Of a stretch of DNA of 64,000 bases, positions 54,986-64,000 are shown one piece after another. Origin of the DNA: Solirubrobacteraceae bacterium (GTDB lineage Bacteria; Actinomycetota; Thermoleophilia; Solirubrobacterales; Solirubrobacteraceae); contig JAXDGI010000007.1 of assembly GCA_034665145.1 (NCBI GenBank), positions 20,356 through 84,355 of the forward strand, read 5' to 3'. Both the position numbers and the translations under genes were made by a program. The notes beneath the pieces were generated by a model. That model saw nothing but the letters and a program-made list of their open reading frames with translations. It ran no database searches and had not been told where the DNA came from. Position 1 is the first letter of the stretch. The number at the start of each line of letters is the position of its first letter.

Positions 54986-57169
54986 ATGAGCCGCCGCGAT
55001 CGACAGCGCCGACGACGCCGCAACCGCGGATCGGCGCTCAAGCGCTTCTTTGCCATGACGGCGGTGCTCGCCATCTGCGCGGGCGTCATCGGCGCCCTGG
55101 CGGTGGCGGGCTGGGTGGTCAACGTGGCTCAGTCGGCTCCCGACCTCAGCGCACTGAAGGCCCAGATCCCCGGCTCGCCCTCGCAGGTGTTCGCCGCCGA
55201 CGGCAGCTCGCTCGGCTACATCTGGTCCCCCACGGTCCGCAATCCGCTTCAGGGCCAGGCCATTCCTCGACGGCTGCAACAGGCCACGATCGCGATCGAG
55301 GACCGCCGCTTCTACCAGCACGGGGCGCTGGACTATCAGGGCATCGTGCGGGCCGCCATCCGCGACGCCCTGCACGGCGGCACCAGCCTTCAGGGCGCGT
55401 CGACGCTGACCATGCAGCTGGTTGACAACGTGTACCTGCCGCCTCGCATCCGGGCCGACCGCAACCTCAAGTACAAGATCATCCAGGCCAAGCTCGCCGA
55501 ACAGCTCGAGGGGATGCATCACAAGAACTGGATCCTCACCAGCTATCTCAACGACGTCCCCTACGGCACGGTCGGCGGCCAGACCGCCTATGGCGTCAGC
55601 GCCGCCTCCAAGATGTTCTTCAACAAGCCGGTGAACAAGCTCGACCTGGCCCAGGAGGCGCTGCTGGCCGGCCTGCCCCAGGCACCCTCGCAGTACAACC
55701 CGTTCAGCGACCTCCAGGCCGCGCGCCGCCGCCGCGCCGAGGTGCTGCAGGCCATGGTCACCGCCGGGTACATCACCCAGGCCCAGGCCGCCAGTGCCAA
55801 CCGCGAGCGGTTGCAGGTGCATTCCGATCAGTCGCTGCTCATCCGCCGCGACCCCTACGTGTTCGACTACATCCAGCAGTCGGTGGCCCGGGACCTCTGC
55901 CCCAAGACGCCCAACAACTGCCCGACGCTGACCCACGGCGGGCTGAAGGTCTACTCCACGATCGACCTGCGCAAGCAGGCGCTGGCCGAGCAGGCCATCT
56001 TTGCCCATGAGGGCGGCCCCGGACAGCCGGGCTCCGGTCTGGCCTCCGTGGATCCCAGCACCGGCCACATCCTGGCCATTGCCTCCTCGGGCAACTACAA
56101 CCAGACCAAGTTCGACTACGCCACCCAGGCCCACCGCCAGCCCGGGTCCTCGTTCAAGGTGTTCGTGCTGATGACCCTCATTCATGACTACCACGGCGAC
56201 CCCAACCAGACCTACTACAACTCACACCTACTCGCCCCCGGGTGGCTGCCCGGCTATCCGACGTATTCGGTCCACACCGCCGAGGACTCCTACCAGGGCA
56301 ACATCAACATCACCAAGGCGACGGTCCTCTCCGACAACACCGTGTTCGCCCAGCTCGATGCCGATGTGGGGCCCGACAAGGTGCGCAGCACCGCCTACGC
56401 GATGGGGATCACCACCCACCTCGACGCCCTGCCGGCCGAGGCAATCGGTGGTCTGCGCACCGGCGTCACCCCGCTCGAGATGGCCGACGCCTACGCGACG
56501 CTGGCCAACGGCGGCAGCCACGTCCCGGCCACGATCATTAACAAGGTCGTCTTTCCCGACGGCAGCGTGCGTAACTTCGGCAATCCGACCCCGAAACGGG
56601 TGTTCACCGACGGCGAGGCCTACGCGGCCACCAGCGTCCTCAAGGGCGTGATCACCAGCGGCACCGGTGTCCCGGCCAACTACGGCTGCCCGGCGGCCGG
56701 TAAGACGGGAACCGCCGAGAACTACGAGAACGCCTGGTTTGTCGGCTACACCCCGCGCATGTCGACCGCAGTCTGGGTCGGCTACCCCCAGGCAAACATC
56801 CCCATGGCCAACGGCTTTGGCGGTACGCTCGCCGCCCCAATCTGGAAGCAATACATGTCGGCCGCATCGGGCGGCTACTGCGGGAACTTCCCGCCGCCGA
56901 CGACCCCGTTCAGCGGCACGGCCTACTTCGGGTCTCACGGGTCCACCGGCAGCTCGTCCACGCTGCCCAAGAGCACACACTCGTCCGGTCAGACCGCGAC
57001 CAACCCGTACACCAACCCGAGCCTGTTCGCCCAGCCGCCCCAGCCGGGCCCGGGCACCGGCAACGCGCCCAGCGGCGGCAACGCGCCCAGCGGCGGCAAC
57101 GGCGCCGGCAACGGCGCCGGCGGCATCGGTAACGGCAACGGGAACGGCAAGAGCAAGAAGACGCACTGA
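54986..57169 (+). CDS. Class A penicillin-binding protein (transglycosylase-transpeptidase)
   Basis: AIEDRRFYQH, GASTLTMQL; SxxK (GSSFK), SxN (SDN), KTG; Gly/Asn-rich tail. Confidence 0.95.
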   Translation: MSRRDRQRRRRRNRGSALKRFFAMTAVLAICAGVIGALAVAGWVVNVAQSAPDLSALKAQIPGSPSQVFAADGSSLGYIWSPTVRNPLQGQAIPRRLQQATIAIEDRRFYQHGALDYQGIVRAAIRDALHGGTSLQGASTLTMQLVDNVYLPPRIRADRNLKYKIIQAKLAEQLEGMHHKNWILTSYLNDVPYGTVGGQTAYGVSAASKMFFNKPVNKLDLAQEALLAGLPQAPSQYNPFSDLQAARRRRAEVLQAMVTAGYITQAQAASANRERLQVHSDQSLLIRRDPYVFDYIQQSVARDLCPKTPNNCPTLTHGGLKVYSTIDLRKQALAEQAIFAHEGGPGQPGSGLASVDPSTGHILAIASSGNYNQTKFDYATQAHRQPGSSFKVFVLMTLIHDYHGDPNQTYYNSHLLAPGWLPGYPTYSVHTAEDSYQGNINITKATVLSDNTVFAQLDADVGPDKVRSTAYAMGITTHLDALPAEAIGGLRTGVTPLEMADAYATLANGGSHVPATIINKVVFPDGSVRNFGNPTPKRVFTDGEAYAATSVLKGVITSGTGVPANYGCPAAGKTGTAENYENAWFVGYTPRMSTAVWVGYPQANIPMANGFGGTLAAPIWKQYMSAASGGYCGNFPPPTTPFSGTAYFGSHGSTGSSSTLPKSTHSSGQTATNPYTNPSLFAQPPQPGPGTGNAPSGGNAPSGGNGAGNGAGGIGNGNGNGKSKKTH

Positions 57170-57280
57170 CCTCGGCGCGGGCGGTTCGCACCGCGTCGCG
57201 TCATCGCCACGAGCGGCTGGTAGCTTTGTCAAGCGGCCGCGCGGAACGTGCGTGCCCTCAAACCAAGGCTCTATCTGCGT

Positions 57281-57502
57281 ATGCCCAAAGAAGAAAAGGT
57301 CGAACTCGAAGGCGAGGTTGTCGAGGCTCTGCCCAACGCGATGTTCCGCGTCAAGCTCGACAACATGGATCGGGTCGTGCTCGGTCACGTGGCGGGAAAG
57401 ATGCGGCGGTTCCGCATCCGCATCCTCCCCGGAGACCGGGTGCGCGTCGAGCTGTCTCCGTACGACCTGGATCGCGCGCGGATCGTCTATCGCCACCGCT
57501 AG
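57281..57502 (+). CDS. infA: Translation initiation factor IF-1
   Basis: [24 protein letters not shown]...GKMR...[16 protein letters not shown]. Confidence 0.96.
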   Translation: MPKEEKVELEGEVVEALPNAMFRVKLDNMDRVVLGHVAGKMRRFRIRILPGDRVRVELSPYDLDRARIVYRHR

Positions 57503-57580
57503 GCGGACCTGTGCTGACCCGGCGAGTGGCCGGGCGCAGAGCCATCGCGCGAGCCCGGCACTCGGCGGCGGACCGCGGTG

Positions 57581-58543
57581 ATGCGGGAACTAGAGCTGAT
57601 CGAGGCGCTCGGCCAGGTCCTGAGCCCCGGCAGCCCACGCACGCTGCGCTGGATCGGCGATGACGCCGCGGTGGTCCGCGCCCGGCCGTACGCGGTCACC
57701 TCGGTGGACACCATGGTCGACGGGGTCCATTTCCGGCGCAGCCAGCTGACCCCGGAGGAGATCGGCCATCGCGCCCTCGGCGCCGCCCTGTCAGATCTGG
57801 CCGCGATGGCGGCCCTCCCCGGAGAGGCCTATCTGTCGCTGACCCTCCCCCCGGGGATGGACCACGCCGAGGCGGTCGCGCTGGCCCGAGGCGCCCAGAG
57901 GCTGGCCGAGCGCCACGGGGTGGGGATCGTGGGCGGCGACATCACCACGGCTCGCGAGCTGATGATCTCGGTCACCGTGGTCGGCTGGGTCGAGGACCCG
58001 GCGCAGCTGGTCAGCCGCAGCGGTGCCCGGCCGGGGGACCTGGTCGCCGTCACCGGGGCGCTGGGCGGGGCGGGGGCAGGATTGGCTCTGATCGAGGGGC
58101 GGGCCGCGGGAGTCGCACTTAACGATGCGGTGCGCGGCGCACTGCGCGAGCGCTACGCGCGGCCCACCCCCCAGCTCGACGCCGGCCGGTGGCTGAGCGA
58201 GTGCGGAGCAACGGCGATGATCGACATCTCCGACGGTCTGGCCACCGACGCGCGGCACCTTGCCTTGGCCAGCGGGGTGAACGTGGAGCTCGACTTGCAC
58301 CGCCTGCCGATCGCCGACGGAGCGGACGAGATCGCCGCTGAGCTGGGTCGCGACCCGCGCGAACTGGCCGCCACCGCCGGGGAGGACTTCGAGCTCTGCG
58401 TGACGCTGGCCGCCCGGACTTTTGAGCGCGCCGCGACGGGTGCGGCGGCGATTACCTGTGTCGGACGCGTCCTAGCCGGAGAACCGGCGCTGTCGCTGCC
58501 GGGCGCCCGCGGGGCGCTGGCCGGTTATGAGCACTCCTCCTGA
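57581..58543 (+). CDS. thiL: Thiamine-monophosphate kinase
   Basis: MRELELI, IGDDAAV, DTMVDGVHF, SDLAAM, GGD, MIDISDGL, GEDFEL. Confidence 0.94.
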   Translation: MRELELIEALGQVLSPGSPRTLRWIGDDAAVVRARPYAVTSVDTMVDGVHFRRSQLTPEEIGHRALGAALSDLAAMAALPGEAYLSLTLPPGMDHAEAVALARGAQRLAERHGVGIVGGDITTARELMISVTVVGWVEDPAQLVSRSGARPGDLVAVTGALGGAGAGLALIEGRAAGVALNDAVRGALRERYARPTPQLDAGRWLSECGATAMIDISDGLATDARHLALASGVNVELDLHRLPIADGADEIAAELGRDPRELAATAGEDFELCVTLAARTFERAATGAAAITCVGRVLAGEPALSLPGARGALAGYEHSS

Positions 58544-58719
58544 GCGGGCGGTGATCCGGCGACGGCCAGCTGGGTGCCGAGCAGGCGACGCAGGATGGCG
58601 GTGGCCACCGCCACGGCGTCGACCTGATACTCCCCACGTCCAACCTGCTCTTGAATCTGGTCGAGGCGCAAGACGCCCTGTCCTTGGTTTGGTCCTATGG
58701 GCACGGTAGGCCGGATCAA
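58525..58719 (-). CDS. Small protein resembling the FlgM anti-sigma C-terminal region
   Basis: RLDQIQEQVGRGEYQVDAVAVATAILRRL; start uncertain (TTG 58719 or a downstream GTG/TTG). Confidence 0.55.
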   Translation of the reverse strand: MIRPTVPIGPNQGQGVLRLDQIQEQVGRGEYQVDAVAVATAILRRLLGTQLAVAGSPPAQEECS

Positions 58720-58804
58720 CGTGGGTCAGTGTCGGCAGTGGACGCTAAACCCTCCACCGGACGGCCCGGATTTCGACGTTTCGCCCACCGGCGGTGCGGC
58801 GAGT

Positions 58805-59479
58805 TCAGGCTGGTCCGAGCGGTGTGACCGAGCGCAGTCGCGCGAACACGATGATGCGCTGCGCCGCTGAATACAGGGGGTTGCACGCGGACAGCACAAG
58901 CCGGTCATAGCCGACGTTGTGGGTCACCCACAGCGCCGTGGGAAGCACGATCCGGTGGTACTCGACGCGGTAGGTGAAGCGGCCATAGGGCATCGTGACC
59001 ACGATCCGGTCGCCCGGGGCGAGCTCGTTGATGCGCCGGAACGGGGCCAGGTATGTCGTGCGATGCCCGGCGACGGCCACGGTCTGGCCCATCCCCGGCA
59101 GGGCGGTTCCCGGGTAGTGCCCCGGGCCTTTCTCGAGGCTGAGCTCGTCGGTGCCCTGGACGATCGTGTAGCCGGCGCCGATCTTGGGAATCCTGATGGA
59201 GCCCACCGCATCCCCGGACTTGACCTCGCGTTCCTCGCGCCGGGCCAGGTAGGCGATCCGCTCGTTGCGTGAGCGCAGGCCGGCCAGTGCCGAGCGGTCG
59301 ATAACCGAGAGGGGGGCCGTGCGGTAGCTCAGGTACTGGCGGTCGACCTGACCGCGGACGATCAGGCCGATGGCCGCCGTGACCGGCTCCTGCCAGACCA
59401 GCGTCACACCGGCATCGAGGACCAGGAACAGTCCCGAGAGGATCAACACCGACGAGATATCGCGGATCAGGCGCCGCAC
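58805..59479 (-). CDS. Sortase, probably class E
   Basis: N-terminal TM; GPGHYPGT, AGHRTTY (His), LSACNP (Cys), QRII (Arg). Confidence 0.92.
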   Translation of the reverse strand: MRRLIRDISSVLILSGLFLVLDAGVTLVWQEPVTAAIGLIVRGQVDRQYLSYRTAPLSVIDRSALAGLRSRNERIAYLARREEREVKSGDAVGSIRIPKIGAGYTIVQGTDELSLEKGPGHYPGTALPGMGQTVAVAGHRTTYLAPFRRINELAPGDRIVVTMPYGRFTYRVEYHRIVLPTALWVTHNVGYDRLVLSACNPLYSAAQRIIVFARLRSVTPLGPA

Positions 59480-59482
59480 CGG

Positions 59483-61264
59483 TCAGCGGCGTAGAGCAGA
59501 CTCGGTGCCGCCCAGCGAGCCCGGACCGGCATAGCTGACCGGCCCTCGCACGGTCACCGGGACGGTCTCGGGCCGGGGCTGACGAGCGGCCAGCACGAGC
59601 ACGCTGGTGACGACCACGCCGCACCCCAGAAAGAGACTCCACTCGAGCACGGCCACGAGCCCCACGGCATGGCCGGCCAGCATCAGGACCGCGGCCCATG
59701 CCAGCTCCAGGGGGCCATAGCCGAGGACAACGCCGTAGTAGACGGCGACGGCGGCCACCGGAACCAGCCCCAGCACGAGCAGCCCGAGACGGATCGGCAG
59801 GTGCAGACGCAGGTCGGGACTGATCGCGGCCAGCCACAGATGCAGGGCGGGCACCGCCAACAGGGCGGCAAACGGGTTGGCCAGCCAGATAGCGACCGAG
59901 ACCGCGCACATGATGAGCAGCACCGCGGCCACGATTGCCTCGTGATGCTCGGTGAGAATTCGCTTGCGCGGCCCGCGACCGGCGGCGAAGCGCAGCGCGG
60001 GGGGACGTAACACAGCGAAGGAGGCGAGCGCGACCAGCGCGGCCAGAATGAGGATCAGCACGGTTCCGGTGTGGGGCGCGATGGCCACGGCGGGCAGCGG
60101 GCCGGGCGGCGCGACCGAGATCGCCCCGACCAGACGCGCGGCGAGCAGGAACAGAGCGGCCAGGAAGAACGGTGCCGCCGCCGCGAGCACGACGACGAGC
60201 CAGCGCCACACAGAATGTCCGTGGCGGCGCGCGCGAGCCAGTCCGTCGATCGTGGTCATGACCACGGGCACGATGAGCGCCAGGACCAGCAGCGACAGAG
60301 CCCAACCCGGCACCTGCTTGCCGCTGAAGATCAGATACGGACTCGGGGCCGGGATGTTGGGTGCGCCGTCCAGCGCTGACACGGTGGCCAGCACCGAGCG
60401 TCCGACCGAGTTGAGCTGATCCGGGCCGCCCAGGGGCGCATCCGGGGCCGGTCCCCGCTCACCGGAGAGAGAGAGCGTCACCGCGGGAACGCCCTGGCCA
60501 CCAAACGGCGCCTGGGCGGAGGTACTGAGCGGGAAAGCGAGGTGCGCGAACTGGCCGAACAGGCTCGTGCCCGACGTGGTCATCGCCGCCTGCTGGCTGA
60601 GCTGGGCGCCCAGCGTGCTGCGCAACAGCGGCGGCGCCACCGTCTGGGCGTTTGACCACGGGATCACGATCGGCTGCCGGGGATGGGCGCTGGCCAGGTC
60701 ACCGAGGGCGATCACGGCATCGACCGGCCCGCTCAGACGCGAGGCGAGCCGGAGCGCCCCGGCCGTGCCCTCGGAGCCGCTCACGGAGGCCAGGACGATC
60801 GTCCGGTGCAAGGTCTCGCCGGCCAGGTCGCGGGCCAATTCGAGTTCGGTGGCGGTGCCGGACAGGGCCGCCGTGGCGGGGGAGCCACGCGCGTCGCGGG
60901 CGGCCACGATGACGATGCTCCCGCTCTGGATGCCAGGACGGACCGCCACGACGTTCTGCAGCGTGCGGGGCCCGGCGGCGGTCTGGCCCGAGAACGTGTC
61001 GGTAGTGACGGTGTAGCCGTCGTGCTTGAACGCGCTGCCCAGCGATGAGGCCAGGTCGTAGTCCGCGGCTGACCCGGGCGGACGCGTGGGGTACTGCGCC
61101 GAGAGCCGCGACATCGCGTTGAACACGTTCTGGCCGTTGAAGGCGTCCGGTGCCAGCGTCGAGGGCAGCGGCGACGGCTGGTCGGCGAAGGAGAAGCCCA
61201 GGACCAGCACGGCCAGCGCCACGATCACCAGACCAGTCCGGTAGATGCGACCATCAAGCATCAA
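59483..61264 (-). CDS. Membrane protein: N-terminal TM, degenerate M28 peptidase-like domain, C-terminal TM bundle
   Basis: RPPGS, IVIVAARD, SGTATELELAR, RTIVLAS, IALGD, then about 7 hydrophobic segments. Confidence 0.75.
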   Translation of the reverse strand: MMLDGRIYRTGLVIVALAVLVLGFSFADQPSPLPSTLAPDAFNGQNVFNAMSRLSAQYPTRPPGSAADYDLASSLGSAFKHDGYTVTTDTFSGQTAAGPRTLQNVVAVRPGIQSGSIVIVAARDARGSPATAALSGTATELELARDLAGETLHRTIVLASVSGSEGTAGALRLASRLSGPVDAVIALGDLASAHPRQPIVIPWSNAQTVAPPLLRSTLGAQLSQQAAMTTSGTSLFGQFAHLAFPLSTSAQAPFGGQGVPAVTLSLSGERGPAPDAPLGGPDQLNSVGRSVLATVSALDGAPNIPAPSPYLIFSGKQVPGWALSLLVLALIVPVVMTTIDGLARARRHGHSVWRWLVVVLAAAAPFFLAALFLLAARLVGAISVAPPGPLPAVAIAPHTGTVLILILAALVALASFAVLRPPALRFAAGRGPRKRILTEHHEAIVAAVLLIMCAVSVAIWLANPFAALLAVPALHLWLAAISPDLRLHLPIRLGLLVLGLVPVAAVAVYYGVVLGYGPLELAWAAVLMLAGHAVGLVAVLEWSLFLGCGVVVTSVLVLAARQPRPETVPVTVRGPVSYAGPGSLGGTESALRR

Positions 61265-61361
61265 GCGACTTTATAGCGGGGTCCGGCCACGCCCGAGGCC
61301 CGGCGGCGCGCTCGTGTCACCCGGCAGGGCATGGCCATTACTCTTGTCGATTAGAAAGAGA

Positions 61362-62075
61362 GTGGCCGATCGATCAGCCCGCATCCTGCTCGTCGACGAC
61401 GAGCAGTCGATCCAAACGCTGCTCTCCTACCCGTTGCGTAAGGAGGGCTACGAGGTCGTGCAGGCCACCGATGGCCGCCAGGCGCTTGAGCGCTTCGACG
61501 AACAGGCCTTCGATCTCGTTGTCCTGGACCTCATGCTGCCCCAGGTCGATGGCCTCGAGGTGTGCCGCCGGCTGCGCAGCCAGAGCTCGGTCCCGATCAT
61601 CATGCTGACGGCCAAGTCAGAGGAGATCGACAAGGTCGTCGGCCTTGAGCTCGGCGCCGACGACTACATCACCAAGCCGTTCTCCCTGAGGGAATTCTCC
61701 AGTCGCATCAAGGCTGCCCTGCGGCGTGCCGAGATGAGCCGCCCGACTGAGACCGCGCCCGACGAAACGCCCCTGGAGATCGGCCAGCTGCGGATCGACT
61801 TCCCCAAGCGCACGGTGCGCGTGCGGGGCGACGACGCGCAGCTGACCTATGTCGAGTTCGAGATCCTGGCCGTATTGGCACGGGCTCCCGGACGCGTGTT
61901 CACCCGCGACATGCTGCTGGCGCGGATCTGGGGTGACTCGGCCTACCGCGACCCGCGCACGATCGATGTCCATATCCGGCATCTGCGCGAGAAGATCGAG
62001 CGCGATCCCAAAGATCCCGAGTACCTGTTCACGGTCCGCGGCGTCGGATACCGGTTCCGCGACACCGAGCCCTAG
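61362..62075 (+). CDS. OmpR-family response regulator
   Basis: ILLVDDE, LDLMLP, MLTAK, GADDYITKPF, RTIDVHIRHLR, TVRGVGY. Confidence 0.95.
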   Translation: MADRSARILLVDDEQSIQTLLSYPLRKEGYEVVQATDGRQALERFDEQAFDLVVLDLMLPQVDGLEVCRRLRSQSSVPIIMLTAKSEEIDKVVGLELGADDYITKPFSLREFSSRIKAALRRAEMSRPTETAPDETPLEIGQLRIDFPKRTVRVRGDDAQLTYVEFEILAVLARAPGRVFTRDMLLARIWGDSAYRDPRTIDVHIRHLREKIERDPKDPEYLFTVRGVGYRFRDTEP

Positions 62076-63488
62076 GTGGTGCGAGCGCCCGTGCGGCTAT
62101 CGCTTCGCAATCGGCTGGTGCTGATCTTCTTCGCGATCACGTTGCTGTCGATCGGGGCCCTGTACCTGTATGTGGCGCCCGGCCTTCAGACACGGCTGAT
62201 GGGGGCCAAGCTGCAGGAGCTGGCCCGATCCGTTCGCGCGCACTCCGGGCCCCTGCGGCAGACGGTGGGAAGCTCGACGTCCCAGCCTGCGGTCCGGGAT
62301 CTCGTGGTCCGCCTCGGAGGCGCCTCCGGCGATCGGATCACGTTGTTGTCGGTCAACGAGGCCCAGGGCTCTCACCAGCTGGCCGTGGTCGCCGACTCCA
62401 CCAACCCCGCGGCCCGGGGCGAGCTGCGCTTCCCCGTCGCCCGCCGGGCCATCGCCCGCAACCGGCTCGTCACCGGGACCGAGCCGACACGCTCGGGGAC
62501 CACGGCCGAGGCGGCCCTGCCGATCCGCTACGGGGACCGGGTGGCCACGGTGATCGTCTCGTCTGCCCCGGTGTCGGACATCGTGCGCGCCGGGGCCACG
62601 GTGCGCCACGAGATCCTCGTCGCCGGTGGGATCGCGCTGGCCGTGGCCCTGATCGCGGGCTATCTGGTCGCGCGCTGGCTCTCCCAGCGGGTGCTCCGCC
62701 TCGAGCGCGCGGCCAAGCGCGTCGCCGCCGGGGAATTCGGCCAGCCGATCCGCGTCGATTCCTCGGACGAGCTCGGTCAGCTGGCCAGCACGTTCAACGC
62801 GATGCAGGAGCAGCTCGAGCAGCTCGAGCTGGCCCGCAAGAGGTTCATCGCCACCGCGTCACACGAGCTGCGCACACCCGTGTTCTCGCTCGGCGGCTTT
62901 CTGGAGCTGCTCGAGGACGAGGATCTCGACCCCGAGACCCGGCGGCGCTTTCTCGAGCAGGTCGGCGATCAGGTCCGCCGGCTGCAGAAGCTCTCGGTCG
63001 ATCTACTCGATCTCTCCCGTCTGGAGGCCGGGTCGCTCGATCTCAACCCCGAGGAGGTCGACCTCTCAGAGCTGACGCGCTCGGTGTCGGGGGAATTTGA
63101 GCCGACCCTGGCCCAGCATGACTCCAACCTCGAGCTGCGGTTGCCCTCACGGCGACTGGAGGCCCAGTGCGATCCCGTGCGCGTGGCCCAGATCATGCGC
63201 ATCCTCATCGATAACGCCCTCACCCACACTCCGTCCGGGACCAAGATCACCGTCACCGCCGCCCGTGAGAACGGCAGCGTGCGCCTGGCCGTGCGCGACG
63301 ACGGCAGGGGGATCGACCGGGCCGTCGCCCAGCGCATCTTCGAGCCGTTCTACACCGCCGATGACGCCCAGGGGTCGGGCCTCGGGCTGGCCATCGCTCG
63401 CGAGCTGGCCGAACGGATGGCGGGCGGACTGTCGGTCAGCTCGACCCCGGGCAGCACGGAGTTCCGGCTCGAGCTACCCACGGCCTGA
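62076..63488 (+). CDS. HAMP-domain sensor histidine kinase
   Basis: Two TM segments, DELGQL HAMP, SHELRTP, LIDNA, DDGRGI, GSGLGL. Confidence 0.95.
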   Translation: MVRAPVRLSLRNRLVLIFFAITLLSIGALYLYVAPGLQTRLMGAKLQELARSVRAHSGPLRQTVGSSTSQPAVRDLVVRLGGASGDRITLLSVNEAQGSHQLAVVADSTNPAARGELRFPVARRAIARNRLVTGTEPTRSGTTAEAALPIRYGDRVATVIVSSAPVSDIVRAGATVRHEILVAGGIALAVALIAGYLVARWLSQRVLRLERAAKRVAAGEFGQPIRVDSSDELGQLASTFNAMQEQLEQLELARKRFIATASHELRTPVFSLGGFLELLEDEDLDPETRRRFLEQVGDQVRRLQKLSVDLLDLSRLEAGSLDLNPEEVDLSELTRSVSGEFEPTLAQHDSNLELRLPSRRLEAQCDPVRVAQIMRILIDNALTHTPSGTKITVTAARENGSVRLAVRDDGRGIDRAVAQRIFEPFYTADDAQGSGLGLAIARELAERMAGGLSVSSTPGSTEFRLELPTA

Positions 63489-63514
63489 GCGCACGGAGCC
63501 GCGGTGGCTGCGGC

Positions 63515-64000
63515 TCATGCCGGAGCGAGCGCGGCCCAGCCGTCGAGCAGCGCGAGCCACACCTCGCTGCGGGTTGGAAAGGCCGGCATGGCGTGCATCA
63601 ACCGTTCGCGCGGGACCTCGGCCACCACGGCGATCGTGGCCGCCTGCAGCCAGTCGGCCACCTCGGGACCGGTGAAGGTGGCGCCGATCATCCGGTCACG
63701 CCGGCGGTCGATGACGAGCCGGGCGCTCGACCGGGCTCCCTTGCCGACAAAGCTCGCCCCCGGGGTCCGGCCGATCTCGGCATCGACGGCGTGGGCCTCA
63801 ATGCCCTGCTCAAGCGCGGCGGCCAGGGTCAGGCCGACGGCCGCCACCTGGGGCTCGGTGAACACGACCCGGGGGACACCCGGTCCGTCGGCCTGCGCGC
63901 GCAGGTCGCGGTTCATGATGTTGGCGCTAGCCACGCGAGCCTGGTACTTGGCGGCGTGGGTGAGCAGGGCGCGTCCGTTGACGTCCCCGATCGCGTAGAG
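63515..64000 (-). CDS. Class I pyridine nucleotide-disulfide oxidoreductase, C-terminal part only
   Basis: LYAIGDVNG...LTHAAKYQ, VPRVVFTEPQVAAVG, AFPTRSE; 5' part outside the window. Confidence 0.88.
   Translation of the reverse strand, partial: LYAIGDVNGRALLTHAAKYQARVASANIMNRDLRAQADGPGVPRVVFTEPQVAAVGLTLAAALEQGIEAHAVDAEIGRTPGASFVGKGARSSARLVIDRRRDRMIGATFTGPEVADWLQAATIAVVAEVPRERLMHAMPAFPTRSEVWLALLDGWAALAPA

Noticed and set aside
63490-63517. UGA readthrough giving a C-terminal Sec in the disulfide oxidoreductase
   Set aside because: No Gly-Cys-Sec-Gly-like context; readthrough would run into the convergent kinase gene.

Overview
High-GC actinobacterial DNA; the gene content suggests Thermoleophilia/Solirubrobacterales (inference). 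The first 27.3 kb is one uninterrupted minus-strand reading frame of at least 9,102 codons. It runs off the left edge of the window, so the supplied ORF track omits it and shows only its antisense shadows. In N-to-C order it encodes: a Pro/Ser/Thr/Ala linker, a ZU5-like domain ending in an HFS autoproteolysis motif, about 30-35 beta-rich repeats of ~120 aa, an FG-GAP propeller, Ig-like repeats and RTX-like Gly/Asp repeats. It also carries three RGPP motifs. Its signal-peptide-bearing N-terminus (28165-27311) lies in the same frame but is separated by a single TAG. The rest of the window is mostly core genome: accE/ocd/pccB, a methylmalonyl-CoA mutase large subunit, moaD-moaE fusion with selA-selB, a UXS-like enzyme and a sugar transferase, an opp/dpp-type ABC operon, tRNA-Arg(CCT), pyrE, an L,D-transpeptidase, a CPBP protease, a HAD hydrolase, a class A PBP, infA, thiL, a FlgM-like small ORF, a sortase with a degenerate M28 membrane protein, a two-component pair and a partial flavin-disulfide reductase. 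All calls come from manual translation and motif recognition; no database searches were run.
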